From NCBI GenBank assembly GCA_004431415.1, contig QPMI01000198.1, positions 62,001 to 126,000 on the forward strand: a stretch of DNA of 64,000 bases, read 5' to 3'. The notes under the pieces are model-generated. The model was not told the origin of the DNA, made no database searches, and saw nothing but the letters and a program-made list of their open reading frames with translations. This DNA comes from Cyanophora paradoxa CCMP329. Lineage: Eukaryota > Plantae > Glaucophyta. A program made the translations under genes and the position numbers. Below, one piece after another: positions 1 to 10,668 of the stretch (positions are counted from its first letter, which is position 1; each line of letters starts with the position of its first letter).

Positions 1-3000
1 TCGACGTACGCATCATCGTCGAACTCCTTCTCCTTCTGCTCTGACGTTCGCATGTCCACGTTTGCTCCACAGCTCTGCAGAATTCAGTCAACCCATATAT
101 AATTCACAGAAATTCATTCGAGGAAAGCGCGGAGACTCACCTCGAGGTCCCCGTCAATGTTGAGATTGAAGCCCCCCGTGTGCGGGCTCAGCGATGGCAC
201 GAGCACATTGTGCCGTACGGTGCCTTCACGGTTGTAGAGAGCCTGGAAGGGCGTCCTTCCGTGGCCCTTCTTGAACACCGTGGTGTTCATCGCCCACTGC
301 ACCTGAGCAGCCGAAAGTAAGTACAAGCCGTAGTATTAATAACAGTACCGCAAGATTGGTGGAGTACCGCAGGCAGGCCGAGAACCCAGTTCTTTGTACC
401 GTTCAGGAAGCACCATGAGGCGACGCGCCTCCCTACTATCCTGTTCCCCCGCTCCACCGAACCTACGAATGTGCATGAATGCTCCATGAATGCGCAGCGG
501 AATCGAAAGTTCGCACCCTGAGACTGCGGGTGGTTCGGGCGGCCGTGGCGGAAGTCGACATCCTTGCCAAGCACCATCTTGATCTTGTCGATTAGGTGGT
601 GCATGACCTGTTTGAAAAACGATTGAAGGTGTGCCGCCCACTTTCCGACTCCCAGCTAGCCCTGGTCGTCGGCTCTAAGCCGGCAGCTTGCCTTGCCTTG
701 TACCCTTTGTAGCCTGCTATTCCTGGTGCCACGTTGTTGCCAACTGGCCCGCTTATTTTAGCCCTGGGCCCTCGCTTGCCCTGCGCGGCGCTCGCTTGCT
801 GTCTGTCGACGTCCTTGTTCTCTTGTTCTCTCTGTCTTACGCTGGCTCTGCGCCTGCTGTGTACGTAATGGCACCCGCTTGCCGCCGCCCTACGGTGCCG
901 TACGGGCCTGTCCCTCTCTGCTTGGGGCGCCTCTGGGCCTAGCCAACTGCTTAGCGCATCCCGCTCAGCGCATGGGGGCTGCTGCGTTGGGCTTCGACTT
1001 TTTAGCTCGTATGCCTGGGGACGAACGCTGCGCTCTTGCCCGAACCCCTGGACAAGCACGCCATCGTTTGCCTCGGCTTGCGCGTACGGCCTCCACTCTC
1101 TTGTAGTGGGAAGCGCCTATGCGGCAGAGCTTAGCAATACTAACCGCATGGTTCATGCCTTTCCACCCGCCACTGCGCCTTTCTTGCTTACGGACCTGGC
1201 GCACCACTCTTTCTGTAGTGGGAAGCGTCCGCCAATCCGTCTATTGAGCCGCATGCGCTCACAGTCATCTAAACGTGCCGTGGCTGCGCTCAAGAGCAAA
1301 TGCTGATGCAGCCCGCGCGCATGTCGAGTGAAACTGTATTGCATTGTATCGGGGGACGACACCACAACGTACTACTAAATGTATTGTATGTGGAGCAACA
1401 CCCTCTACATCTACACACGTCGTCATTACGATCGAATTGCGTGTTGACGCCGATCGAATGATGATCTTGTTGTCGTCGTGGCATGTCGTTTCTTCCCTGG
1501 TCCACGTGCAGTGAGACGTATGATGATTAAAGCTGTCTGACTGAGTATTCTTCACAAACATACCTTCTTTTCGTCGTCGTCTTGTTTTGTCGAGTTGCCC
1601 GCATGCTCGTGACATGCCAGGCTCGCAAGGCAGCTATGAAGCGCCAGTCAACCAATCTTTGCTCTCTGCAGAAAGTACAGAGTCAGCCCGCCAAGACGTG
1701 AATGCCCTGGGATAACATGGCCCCAGTCCGCGCCCGAGGTCTCACCTACGACGGCTGCGATGGCACCTCCGGCTAGCCCGAGGCACGCTCAATGGTGGCG
1801 AGTGTATCTGAAGAACGCATGGAGTCAAACCGCTGCGACGTGAAAGCCCCTGGGATAACAAGGCCCCAGTACGCGCCCGAGGTCTCACCTACGACGGCTG
1901 CAGTGGCGCCTGCGGACCTCCCGAGGCACGCTCAGCGGCGGCGAGTGGCATCCCTCGTGAGGATCACTCCACTTGACTCCACCCTGCATCCAGAGGACGT
2001 GCGGCTCCGCGTCTCTCTCGGCTCTGCGGGTTGCGTACGCGTCAGTGGAAGCCGGCGCAGCTCCACTTGACAGCGATCTCTATGCGAGGAAGCGCATCTA
2101 TCTGTTGTCAAGCCTACCGGGCGCACTGTCGCACCTAGTCGGCAGACAAGATGCCAAGACCTTGCCCTGGCTCCGACGACGTAGCTGCCCTTCTCCGGGA
2201 CGTCCAGCTCGTCAAGCCAGATGTCAGTCGCTTCACGCACATCTCAAGCGTGTGCGAACTGTCGTTTTCTTCCTGTCGTGGGCGTTTGATCAGCGACCGA
2301 GGCCTGTTCAGCGGGCGGAGGTCTGACCGAGGCCTGTCCGGCGGGCGGAGGTCAACAGAAGCGTAAAGGATGCGCTCTGGAACGTCCTACGACGACGTGA
2401 GCAGCCATAGCTAAAGTTGGACGGCGGACAGCGGACCTGTCTGTTGAGGAGCGTCAGCAAGCAGCACTGGGTGATGCCCCGCGACCAGTCTTCACGTTCG
2501 CGCGTCGACTGCGTCGGCCCGTCGGGTGATTCCCGTGCATCGGTTGAACCTGGCAGCTGGGTGATGCCAGCTGGACGCCAGCGCTGTTTCGGTCTGCTTA
2601 GCTGTGGGTGATTCCACGCTGACCAAGCCAGCACGCACCGGCGCTCTAGTCCGGGTGATTCCGACCAAGCCTCCGCTTGCGACTCTCCGCTGCTGAGAGG
2701 TCCATACGTCTTGCCTACGACTATCACGCGAGCACCGATGATCATTCCGGGCCGCGCTGATGCTGTCTCCTGTCCCGCGATGGTGGCCTGCCTAAGCCCC
2801 GGCTACGCGCTGCATCTGCGTACGCTGGCGGACTCGATGGCTGTATCCCATCCCGTCCGATCGTGGAGGATCCTTGGCGATGGGTCTGTATGATGCGACC
2901 AGTGGCCTGCTGCTGCTGCGGAGCCTGACCCGTACGACTGGCTCGCCGCCTCTACTCTTCATGGCTTGCCTGCTCTACGCGTACGCGGCTGCACACTCTA

Positions 3001-5444
3001 CTGTGCTGACCGATCGCCCCGCCTTGTGACTCCGCCGGCCGAGTCACTTGGCAACGCAATGCGGCAAGCTGCGCCGAGCTTGGCCCGCAACGCGTACTCT
3101 ACCGCTGCGGCTCTGCTGATCGAGCCTGCGGTCCTACACTACTACACTCTACGTCAAGTACCTTCTACACTGTGGAACTTTCGACCCGGCGCCGCCGCGG
3201 CCCGGCGGCTCGTGTGGCGCGGCGCCGGCTTCGAATTCGAGCTTAGTGCTAGCGCTAGCACTCGTTTTCCCTTCCGGCGGGATTTAGAGGGTTTGCCCCC
3301 GGTTGGCTGGCGGCGCTCCGCGCGCTCTGGCGTCAGGTCGTGGGTCCCTCACCCAACTTCCCTTGTTGGGCCCAGTTCCTCATACTGGTGCCGACGGCCT
3401 GATGGATTTTAATTTGCCCCTCTGGCCCGCCCGCTGTGGCGCCGAGGACGGCTTTCTGTGCAGGGACGGTAGCCGGCTTTTGGCTCGTAGTCCGTTCAGC
3501 CTCGCCTACGCAGCTTTAGTTCAGCCTTTAGCTCGTAGCGCTTTCCGACTCCCAGCTAGCCCTGGTCGTCGGCTCTAAGCCGGCAGCTTGCCTTGCCTTG
3601 TACCCTTTGTAGCCTGCTATTCCTGGTGCCACGTTGTTGCCAACTGGCCCGCTTATTTTAGCCCTGGGCCCTCGCTTGCCCTGCGCGGCGCTCGCTTGCT
3701 GTCTGTCGACGTCCTTGTTCTCTTGTTCTCTCTGTCTTACGCTGGCTCTGCGCCTGCTGTGTACGTAATGGCACCCGCTTGCCGCCGCCCTACGGTGCCG
3801 TACGGGCCTGTCCCTCTCTGCTTGGGGCGCCTCTGGGCCTAGCCAACTGCTTAGCGCATCCCGCTCAGCGCAAAGGTTATCCTTGGAAAACACAGGAAAT
3901 AATATTAATATATTAATCATTCGATACCTCGTTAACGAATTCGGATCCGTTGTCGGACTGGAGGATGATGGGCCAGCCCAGATCCGCGAAAAGTTTGTAG
4001 ATTTCCTCGGCGACGGTGAGGGCGGCCTTGTTCTCCAGCGCACGCAGGAAGCTCATGCGCGAGAAATGGCACTGCATGAAAATTAAGTGAGATTGATTGA
4101 ATATGATATTTCGGCATAAATAATTGCACCCGGACGTGCAAGACGAAGACATAAGTGCGCGACGGGTGCGGAACGAGGGTCCCGTCCTCGTTCTCGCCCT
4201 GAACACGCTGGATGGGGACCATGACCGGGACGGGGCAGTTCTGGTAGTCCTTGAGGTCGATCTGGACACGGTACCATGGGCCCTTCGACACCATGAACCT
4301 TGTCAAGACGGTGCGGCGCATGGTCTTCGCGTTGTGCCGCCTCAACTCGCAGTAAGGGCACACCTACAGTCGAATTACATTTACAAATTTGCAGAAAAAG
4401 CGTACAGAGGCCGACCTGAACGAAGATTTCGACGAACTTCTGTTTAATATTGTACATGACGCGGACCTTGCTCCATGTCCCGAAAGTAGACTCGTGCTGC
4501 ATGCCGTGGCACTCCTGCGCGCAGAAGCTGAGTTCGGGCATCAGCACCAATGAATGTCCAGGAATGCGCACAAGAATGCAATCGAATGCCATCTTTGCTG
4601 TATGCGGCCGGAGACGCGGCTGCTGGATAGGATCCTTGGCAATCTTCATCTCGCCCTCCTGCGTCCTCTTCTTGCTTGTCTGGTTGCGCGCCGCAGGCTG
4701 CTTCTCCATAAGGAGTCCGTCCGCTACGTCGCCATTGTCGAGCTGCACTTTGCCGACCCTCACGTTCCCCGTCTCGCGGCGGATGCGGGCGTTGATTGCG
4801 AGCTTCTCGCACTTGGCAATGTAGCTTTCGTAGCCGGCCAGCGCGAGCTCCCATTCCTCGTCGGTCATGTCAGGCGCGCGGACGGGCGGCGGCCTACGCT
4901 GATCCGTGCCGGGGCGCTTTGCTTCCGGCTTTGGTGCCGTTGGATCGCGCATGATACGCCGCTTTAATAGCTCGCCGTCGAACTCCTGCTCTACGTTGAC
5001 GGGAGGTTTGAGAAGCTCCCGGCAAGCCCTCGCCCAGATTTCGTACTTGGGCTCCAGCATCTGGGCGGGCGTCCGCTCTTGGCTACCGCTGCTGCTGCTG
5101 CTGCTGCTGGCGCTAGCGCTTGCCGCAGCCGCCGCCTCCGCAGCCGCGGCTTGCGGCTGTGTTCCGGCCGCGGACGGCGCCGCGGCTGGCCGGCGCAAGT
5201 GGGGCGGCACGACCGTTGCTCCTGGCCGTGGAATCGAAGGCGCGGCTCCATCGTTCGACGAGGCGCCGCCCAAGCCGGCTGCTCGCCTGAAGCTCTCATC
5301 CGCCTGCGAGCTGGCTGCTGCACGGGCTGCTGATGCTCCTGCACACCTGTCGCATATGGTATCGTAGGTCGAAAGCGGGCTGAGCTCTTCGGCGCAGCTG
5401 CCGCAGGTCGACTGCATGGCCCACGCTTTGCCGCCAAGCGGCAC
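1..5444 (-). CDS. Spliced integrase-like DDE transposase (rve core with HHCC zinc finger); C-terminus runs out of the window
   Basis: Joined exons give H..H..CPYC, RVQIDLKD (D1), HFSRMSFLRAL, ILQSDNGSEFVNE (D2), HGRPNHPQSQG|SVERGN (E), WVLGLPA|VQWAMN and TPFQALY. GT-AG introns at e.g. 3927-608, 516-463, 367-303 and 140-75. The start may be the in-frame ATG of MQSTCGSC. Confidence 0.9.
641..972 (+). repeat. Left long direct repeat (LTR-like), 332 bp
   Basis: Apparently identical to 3541-3872 at an offset of exactly 2900. ORFs 688..942 and 3588..3842 translate identically. Confidence 0.95.
1695..1947 (+). repeat. Imperfect direct duplication (~110 bp unit, ~142 bp apart)
   Basis: gacgtgaa..cctgggataaca.ggccccagt.cgcgcccgaggtctcacctacgacggctgc...cccgaggcacgctca occurs at ~1695-1803 and ~1837-1947. 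Confidence 0.85.
3541..3872 (+). repeat. Right long direct repeat (LTR-like), 332 bp
   Basis: Matches 641-972 and ends in CA next to the AAGG duplication. Confidence 0.95.
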
Positions 5445-5777
5445 ACGCTGTCCCCCCCACGGCCGACTGCATTCCTACGCCCGCTGAGGCTTTCATTCCC
5501 GAGGGGCGCCGGGGCCAGGAATAACTGCCTTCGCATTCCTAGACCCCCGGGAAGTTACGCTTTAGACTCGGAAAAAAACTTATATTACGTAACTCGGAAG
5601 GTTACGCTATATAGGTGCTACAACCGGACTGTGGGGTCCTCCCATGGCCAGGGAGACGCTTCGAATTCCGTACAAACCTAAACAGTTCCATGCGCGCATG
5701 GTCTGAACATGTACATTGCAAAAAAATCCGGGCTCCGGCCGCGGCCGCGGCCGCGGCTGCCGCGGACGGGTTCATGA

Positions 5778-7034
5778 TCAGGCGCGGTTCTCGCGGAAGA
5801 AAGCAGCCATGCTAGGCCACTGGGGTTTCCAGCTGAGCTCGGCGCGGGTCCGGCTGTTGTCGAAGCGGCGGCCGCGGCCGGGCGCTTGGGGCCCCGTGAA
5901 GGTGCAGGACTGGCCCGGAAACAGGCCGCTCTCGACGGCCGCCGCAATGATCTCCTCCCGTGTCATCGCAACATCATCTGTGCCTGCACACGCGCGCGTC
6001 CTTCAGCGCGGGCGCGGCAACAGGGCAGCGGGCGCTCGCTCGCATGCTTACCGAGGAAGACGCGGCCGCGGGCGTTACTCTCGAGCGCGGCGACGCTGAG
6101 GATGGCGGCATCCTCGTAGTGAATCTGGCTGATCAGACCCTTGCCATCCTGCGCCACCGTCCCCATCTGCAGGGAGCGTCAGCCAGAGAGGAGGGGCTAC
6201 GCGCAGAGCGAGCGCTCAGGGCGTGCCTTGAGCCAGTAGGAATGCGCGCCGCGGTCAGGGAGGTAGAGTCCGGTGAGGCGGACGACGCAGCCGCCGGCGG
6301 CGAGGATGGCCTCTTCGGCGCCCACGAGCTTTGCGACGCGCGGGACCTGCTTGGGGTCCACCGTCGCCGACTCCTCCGTGTACGTCCCGTCCTCCTGCGG
6401 GTACACTCCGGAGCTCGACGTAAACAGCAGGCATCCTGCGCACGCGTTGGCGGCCCGCGCCGCCAGCCAGGCCAGGAGAGCGCGGACCAGTGCCGTCCCA
6501 CAGCGACGCTGCGCGCTGGGCCTCCTTCACGTAGTCCTCCCCCTCTGGCGCCATTGACGGCGGCGCGCAGAAGATCACGTACGGGAACCGCTTCGCAGCG
6601 TCCTCAGCCGACAGGCTCTCCCGCGCCCGCGGCTTCAGGCCCAGCTCCGACAGCGCAGAGTGCGACTTGGTCGTGCGCGTCTCCGCCGCCACGCTCGCCG
6701 AGGCGTGCCGCTGCGCCCAGATGCGGCCCACTCGGCTCCCGAGCACGCCGGCGCCGACGATGAGGATATCTTCCGAGGACGGCGAGGCGGCCGAGGCCTG
6801 CGCGGGGACGGCGCTCATGGTGCGAATCACCGCGGTTTTGTGGCAATGCGAGATAGCGACGCCGCCGAAGAACCGCCGGCGGCTGCTAGCCGAGAAGCTA
6901 CAGGACTGGCGCGCGCCCCGAAGCGGGGTGGCCGCGAGCTTGATGTTGTACGCGGAAACGCTCTTGGAAGAAGCCCGCGCTATCGGAACAGCTCCGAGCG
7001 CGAGGGCCGCCGGGCTCAAGCACACCGCGAACAT
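5778..7034 (-). CDS. Plastid-targeted NAD(P)-binding Rossmann-fold protein (atypical SDR/epimerase, YeeZ-like)
   Basis: Ser/Ala/Arg-rich transit peptide, then ILIVGAGVLG, VIFCAPPS, LFTSSSGVY, VVRLTGLY, IHYEDAA and WKPQWPS. Three inferred introns. Confidence 0.85.
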
Positions 7035-7545
7035 TTTGCTCTACCCACTTCGTGGGTCCCCTCCCTCCGCTGGCCGATTGCCGCCGCCGCAGCGCATCCA
7101 CTCCCCCGCGCGTCATTAAGTAGACAAGCGAGCAAGCCGTCAAATTCGGCCGCCCCGCACCGATGGCGTTTGCCGGCGTTGCCCCAGTTTGCTGTGGGAG
7201 CGCGCCCCCCGTGCTGGCGCACGGGCGCGGCGCGTCAAGCTTGCATTCAGGCATCCCATCGCGATCTTCAGTCGCTTTCAAGCCCGCAGAGCAGCTCCGC
7301 AACACCGTTGTCGCTCGGAGTTTGCAGCGGGAGTTCGGGGTGGCCCCCCGGCCAGTGCGGCAGTTCAGACCTGGATCAATTGCAGCCGAGATGGAGCCTT
7401 TTGACATGGGGGTCGATCTGGACGTGACAGCAGCCGAGCGGGCACCGCTCGATCCGGACCTCGTGCGCGAAACCAACCCGTCCAGTCCCGCAGCGAGCGC
7501 ATTAATATCTCGCCCGGGGGATCCGCTCGTGTGATCGGAACTAAC

Positions 7546-9179
7546 ATGAATCGACAGGAGACTAAGGACGCGGCTAAGGTCGATTTCGGTCTCGCACGTC
7601 AGTACTCCTCTTCGCTAAATTTCCACAAGCCTTCCCCTCTCTAATCCTCGATTATCAGATGAGCTGAAGGAGCGTGTTGAAGAGCTCCAGCGCGGGTTTC
7701 CAGGACCGCGTTTCCTGCAGGCGAAGGACGTCGCGCAGTTCGTGTCCGAGGTAGAGACGCCTCTCTTTTCTTCCTTATTCGAGCCTTTCGAAACCGGCTG
7801 TAGGTGGACAATTTCCTTTTGGACTGCGACGGCGTCCTTTGGCAGGGCGCCAACCTGCTGGAAGGCACGCTGGATACCTTGGCCCTCCTGAAGAAGCTCG
7901 GCAAGCGCGTCTTCTTCGTCACGGTCCGCCTTCGTTTCTTTGCTCCTCTATTGGGATTCTAAGCGGCGCGGGGCAGAACAACTCGACGAAGAGCCGGCGA
8001 CAGTACATCAAGAAGTTCGAGGCGCTTGGGATCCGGGACGTGACGCCGGACCAGATCGTCTGCTCCGCCTTCTCCGCCGCCGCCTTCCTCGACACCGTCG
8101 GCTTCGCGCACAGCAAGAAGAAGGTGTACGGTGCGCGGCGACCCCTGGCGCCTCTCCGGCCGGCCGCCCTGTCCGACGGGGGCGTGCGCAGTCATCGGGG
8201 AGGAGGGCGTGGAGCTGGAGCTCATGGAGCACAACATCCGCTACGTCTCGAGCAAGGACCACCTCGGGATGACCTGCACGACGGTCCGCCGGCCCCGCAA
8301 CCGGCCCCTGCCCCCGGGGCCCCCGCCGAGGCCTCGGCTCGGCAGGAGAGCTTCCCGAGCATCGAGGTGGACCGGGACATCGCCGCGGTGGTGGTCGCGT
8401 ACGACGGCAGCTTCTCCTTCTACAAGGCCCGCCGCCCCCTCCTGGCCCCGTGCTGCCGCCGCCCCCGCCTCTGATCGCGCCCCGCCGCAGGTGGTGTACG
8501 CCGCGCTGCACCTGCACGAGATCCCCGGCTGCCTGCTCGTCGTCACGAACCGCGACGGCGGCGACGTCATCGACGGCCGCATCATGCCCGGCGTGCGCCC
8601 CCGCGCCCGCGCCCCCTCCAGAACGTCCGTGGCGACTCAGTGGGCGGCGGGCGCGCAGGCGGGGGTGATGGTGGCGGCGGTGGACGCGGCGCGGCTGGCG
8701 CGGGGCGACGCCGGCATGCCCGCCCTCGTCAACGTCGGTGCGGCCCGCTCCGCGCCCCGGCGCGACGCCGGCGCCTCCGCTGCGCCCGCGTCCGACCGCC
8801 TCCTCGCAGGCAAGCCGGAGCCGTTCACGCTGGACTTCCTCTGCAACAAGTACGGGCTGGACCGCTCGCGCTCCTGCATGGTGCGGCCGCCCGCCTGCCC
8901 CCGCCGCACCCCGCCGCCTCCCGATAGGGGCGCCTGGGGGGGGCCTCAGGTGGGAGACCGCCTCGACACGGACGTCGCCTTCGGGCGCCGCGGCGGCCTC
9001 CGTACCCTCGCCGTCCTCACCGTCCGCCCCCGCCCGCCCCGCCCCGCCGCGCCGGCCTCTCACTGCCCCCGCAGGGCGTCACGTGCCCGAAGCAGCTCGG
9101 CCGAACGCCGGCGGAGGAACTCCCCGACTTCGTCATCCCGAGCTTTGCGCACCTCCTCAATGCCAAGCCCCGCGACTGA
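7546..9179 (+). CDS. Phosphoglycolate/4-nitrophenyl phosphatase, HAD subfamily IIA (PGLP-like)
   Basis: About 11 exons give [10 protein letters not shown] (motif I), FFVT|NNSTKSR (II), TNRD, GKPEP (III) and M|[12 protein letters not shown] (IV). No obvious transit peptide. Confidence 0.92.
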
Positions 9180-10057
9180 GGCGCCGCCAGGGCGGCCTTG
9201 TCGGCGCCCCTGTTGTGCCATGTACTTCTTCATCGCTTCTTCTTCGCATCTCCCTCTTCCTTTTTATTCGTTTTTTAAAGGACCCTGTCCCGATCTTTGG
9301 CGTCGACAGCTCAGAGATTGTCCGCCGGTAGCGCGGCGTTTGATGTAACGCTCTCAGTGCAGACGTGCCGCATCGATCAATTCGGTTCTTTTTCGATCAG
9401 ATACCGATCATTTTAGCTTTAAATTTAACACGCGCACGTGCATTAGTACTGGTGCTCAGCCTGGCAGCTGCATGCAGACCTAAGATATAGATTTGATTGT
9501 TTGCTATGCCCCTGTATGTATTTGTTTCCGATTCAATCACGCACCTAGTTTTTAACTTATATCGATGCTTATATGATCATGATCACTAGCTGCAGCTGGT
9601 GGGCAACCGATGCGCGTTTAATTTGCTATGGGCCTCGATATCGAAACCCGATGTCTCACCAGAACGATACCAGGTTAGAAGAGTACCCTTTAATTTTGAT
9701 ATAGTGTGGAAGATATTGCACACCAAGAAGGAAAGGCCCCCAGCTCTTGCTCATGCGCAGCACGTAAAACATTTTGATGAAATTCAAAGCACTACTGGAA
9801 CTGGGGAAGGCAGGAGCGAGAGGACAGAGGATAGAGAAAGAAAACTTCACACACAATACAAGCTCGCTGTCGGTACCGGGCGAGAGAAGGCACCGGCAGC
9901 ACTGTAGATGGTACACTTGTGGATCGAAAAACTGCTGGGCCGCTCCTGATCGAGAGACCCAAATCACACTGAAAGCTCGCTGCCTGCAGGCTTGCGCTAC
10001 TCTGCGACTGGGGAACGAGCTGCTACTGCAACATCATCGGGCGCGCCGCGATGCATT

Positions 10058-10668
10058 TTACTGCGAAAACGACAGTTTAGATTAAGGAATGTTCGGATCT
10101 TGGTGCACGTGGGGCTCACCAGGCGGCCAAGGAAATCCTCGATCTTGTTGCGGAGCTCCTGGCGAGTGTTCGCGAAGAGGAGGAAGCGGTACGCGAACCA
10201 GACGGTGTAGCCGAAGCCGATAAGCTGGAACAGGTTCGGGAGGAGCGGCACGCGGTGGAAGCCGTTGGAGATGGAGGAGGCGAGGAGGAGGGCGAACATG
10301 CCCACGCCGACGATGGCGGCGTTCTTCAGGTAAACGGTCGGGCGCTTGGTAGCGTCGGCAAGAATCTCCTTCGGCTTCGCCAGGAGCGCGTCGATGTCGA
10401 CCGAGCCCATAATGTCATCCGCGGGCGCGGCCTGGGACGGCTTGAACGGCGACGCCGCCGGCTTCTCGGCGACATCGACATCGTCGGAGCAGACAATCTT
10501 CGGCACGCGCTCGGCCGCCTGGAAGCGGGCGGGCGCCGCAACGGCAGCGAAGCGCCGGCCGGCGAACTCGCTCTTCAGGGCGCTGGGGCGAACCGCGCAG
10601 CTGGCCGAGGCGGCCGACAGCAGGCCGTTGGCCGGGCGAACAGCGGGGATGGACGAGACAAAGGCCAT
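10058..10668 (-). CDS. CURT1: CURVATURE THYLAKOID 1 / CurT (CAAD domain) protein, plastid-targeted
   Basis: MAFVSS- transit peptide. CAAD signature VPLLPNLFQLIGFGYTVWFAYRFLLFANTRQEL with two TM helices. A likely terminal intron (gtgagc...cgcag, 10119-10061) is followed directly by TAA; the unspliced ORF would end at 9997. Confidence 0.9.

Larger units (their letters stand above)
630..3872 (+). mobile_element. Non-autonomous LTR-like element (TRIM/LARD-like) inserted in a transposase intron
   Basis: TG...CA ends (TGTGCCG / CAGCGCA), target-site duplication AAGG at 626-629 and 3873-3876, 332-bp direct repeats, TGGGGGCT immediately after the left repeat (start of a tRNA-Pro-type PBS). No recognisable gag/pol. 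Confidence 0.75.
1..5622 (-). mobile_element. Ginger2/TDD-like cut-and-paste DNA transposon (one end in window, other end beyond position 1)
   Basis: Encodes a KRBA2/SCAND3-type integrase-like transposase. Putative terminus reads TGTAGCACC on the minus strand from 5622 (TGT start as in Ginger elements). Subterminal GGAAG(G)TTACGC-type repeats lie at ~5548-5607. Confidence 0.7.

Noticed and set aside
2469-2662. Spaced GGGTGAT(T/G)CC motifs resembling a CRISPR-like array
   Set aside because: Only ~10 bp conserved, irregular spacing, no cas genes, eukaryotic context inside a mobile element.
641-3872. DIRS/Ngaro tyrosine-recombinase retroelement
   Set aside because: A TSD is present, there is no split-repeat B unit or ICR, and no YR/RT motifs were found.
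9599-9967. ORFs of ~100 aa between PGLP and CURT1
   Set aside because: No domain, atypical composition; likely 3' UTR or intergenic.
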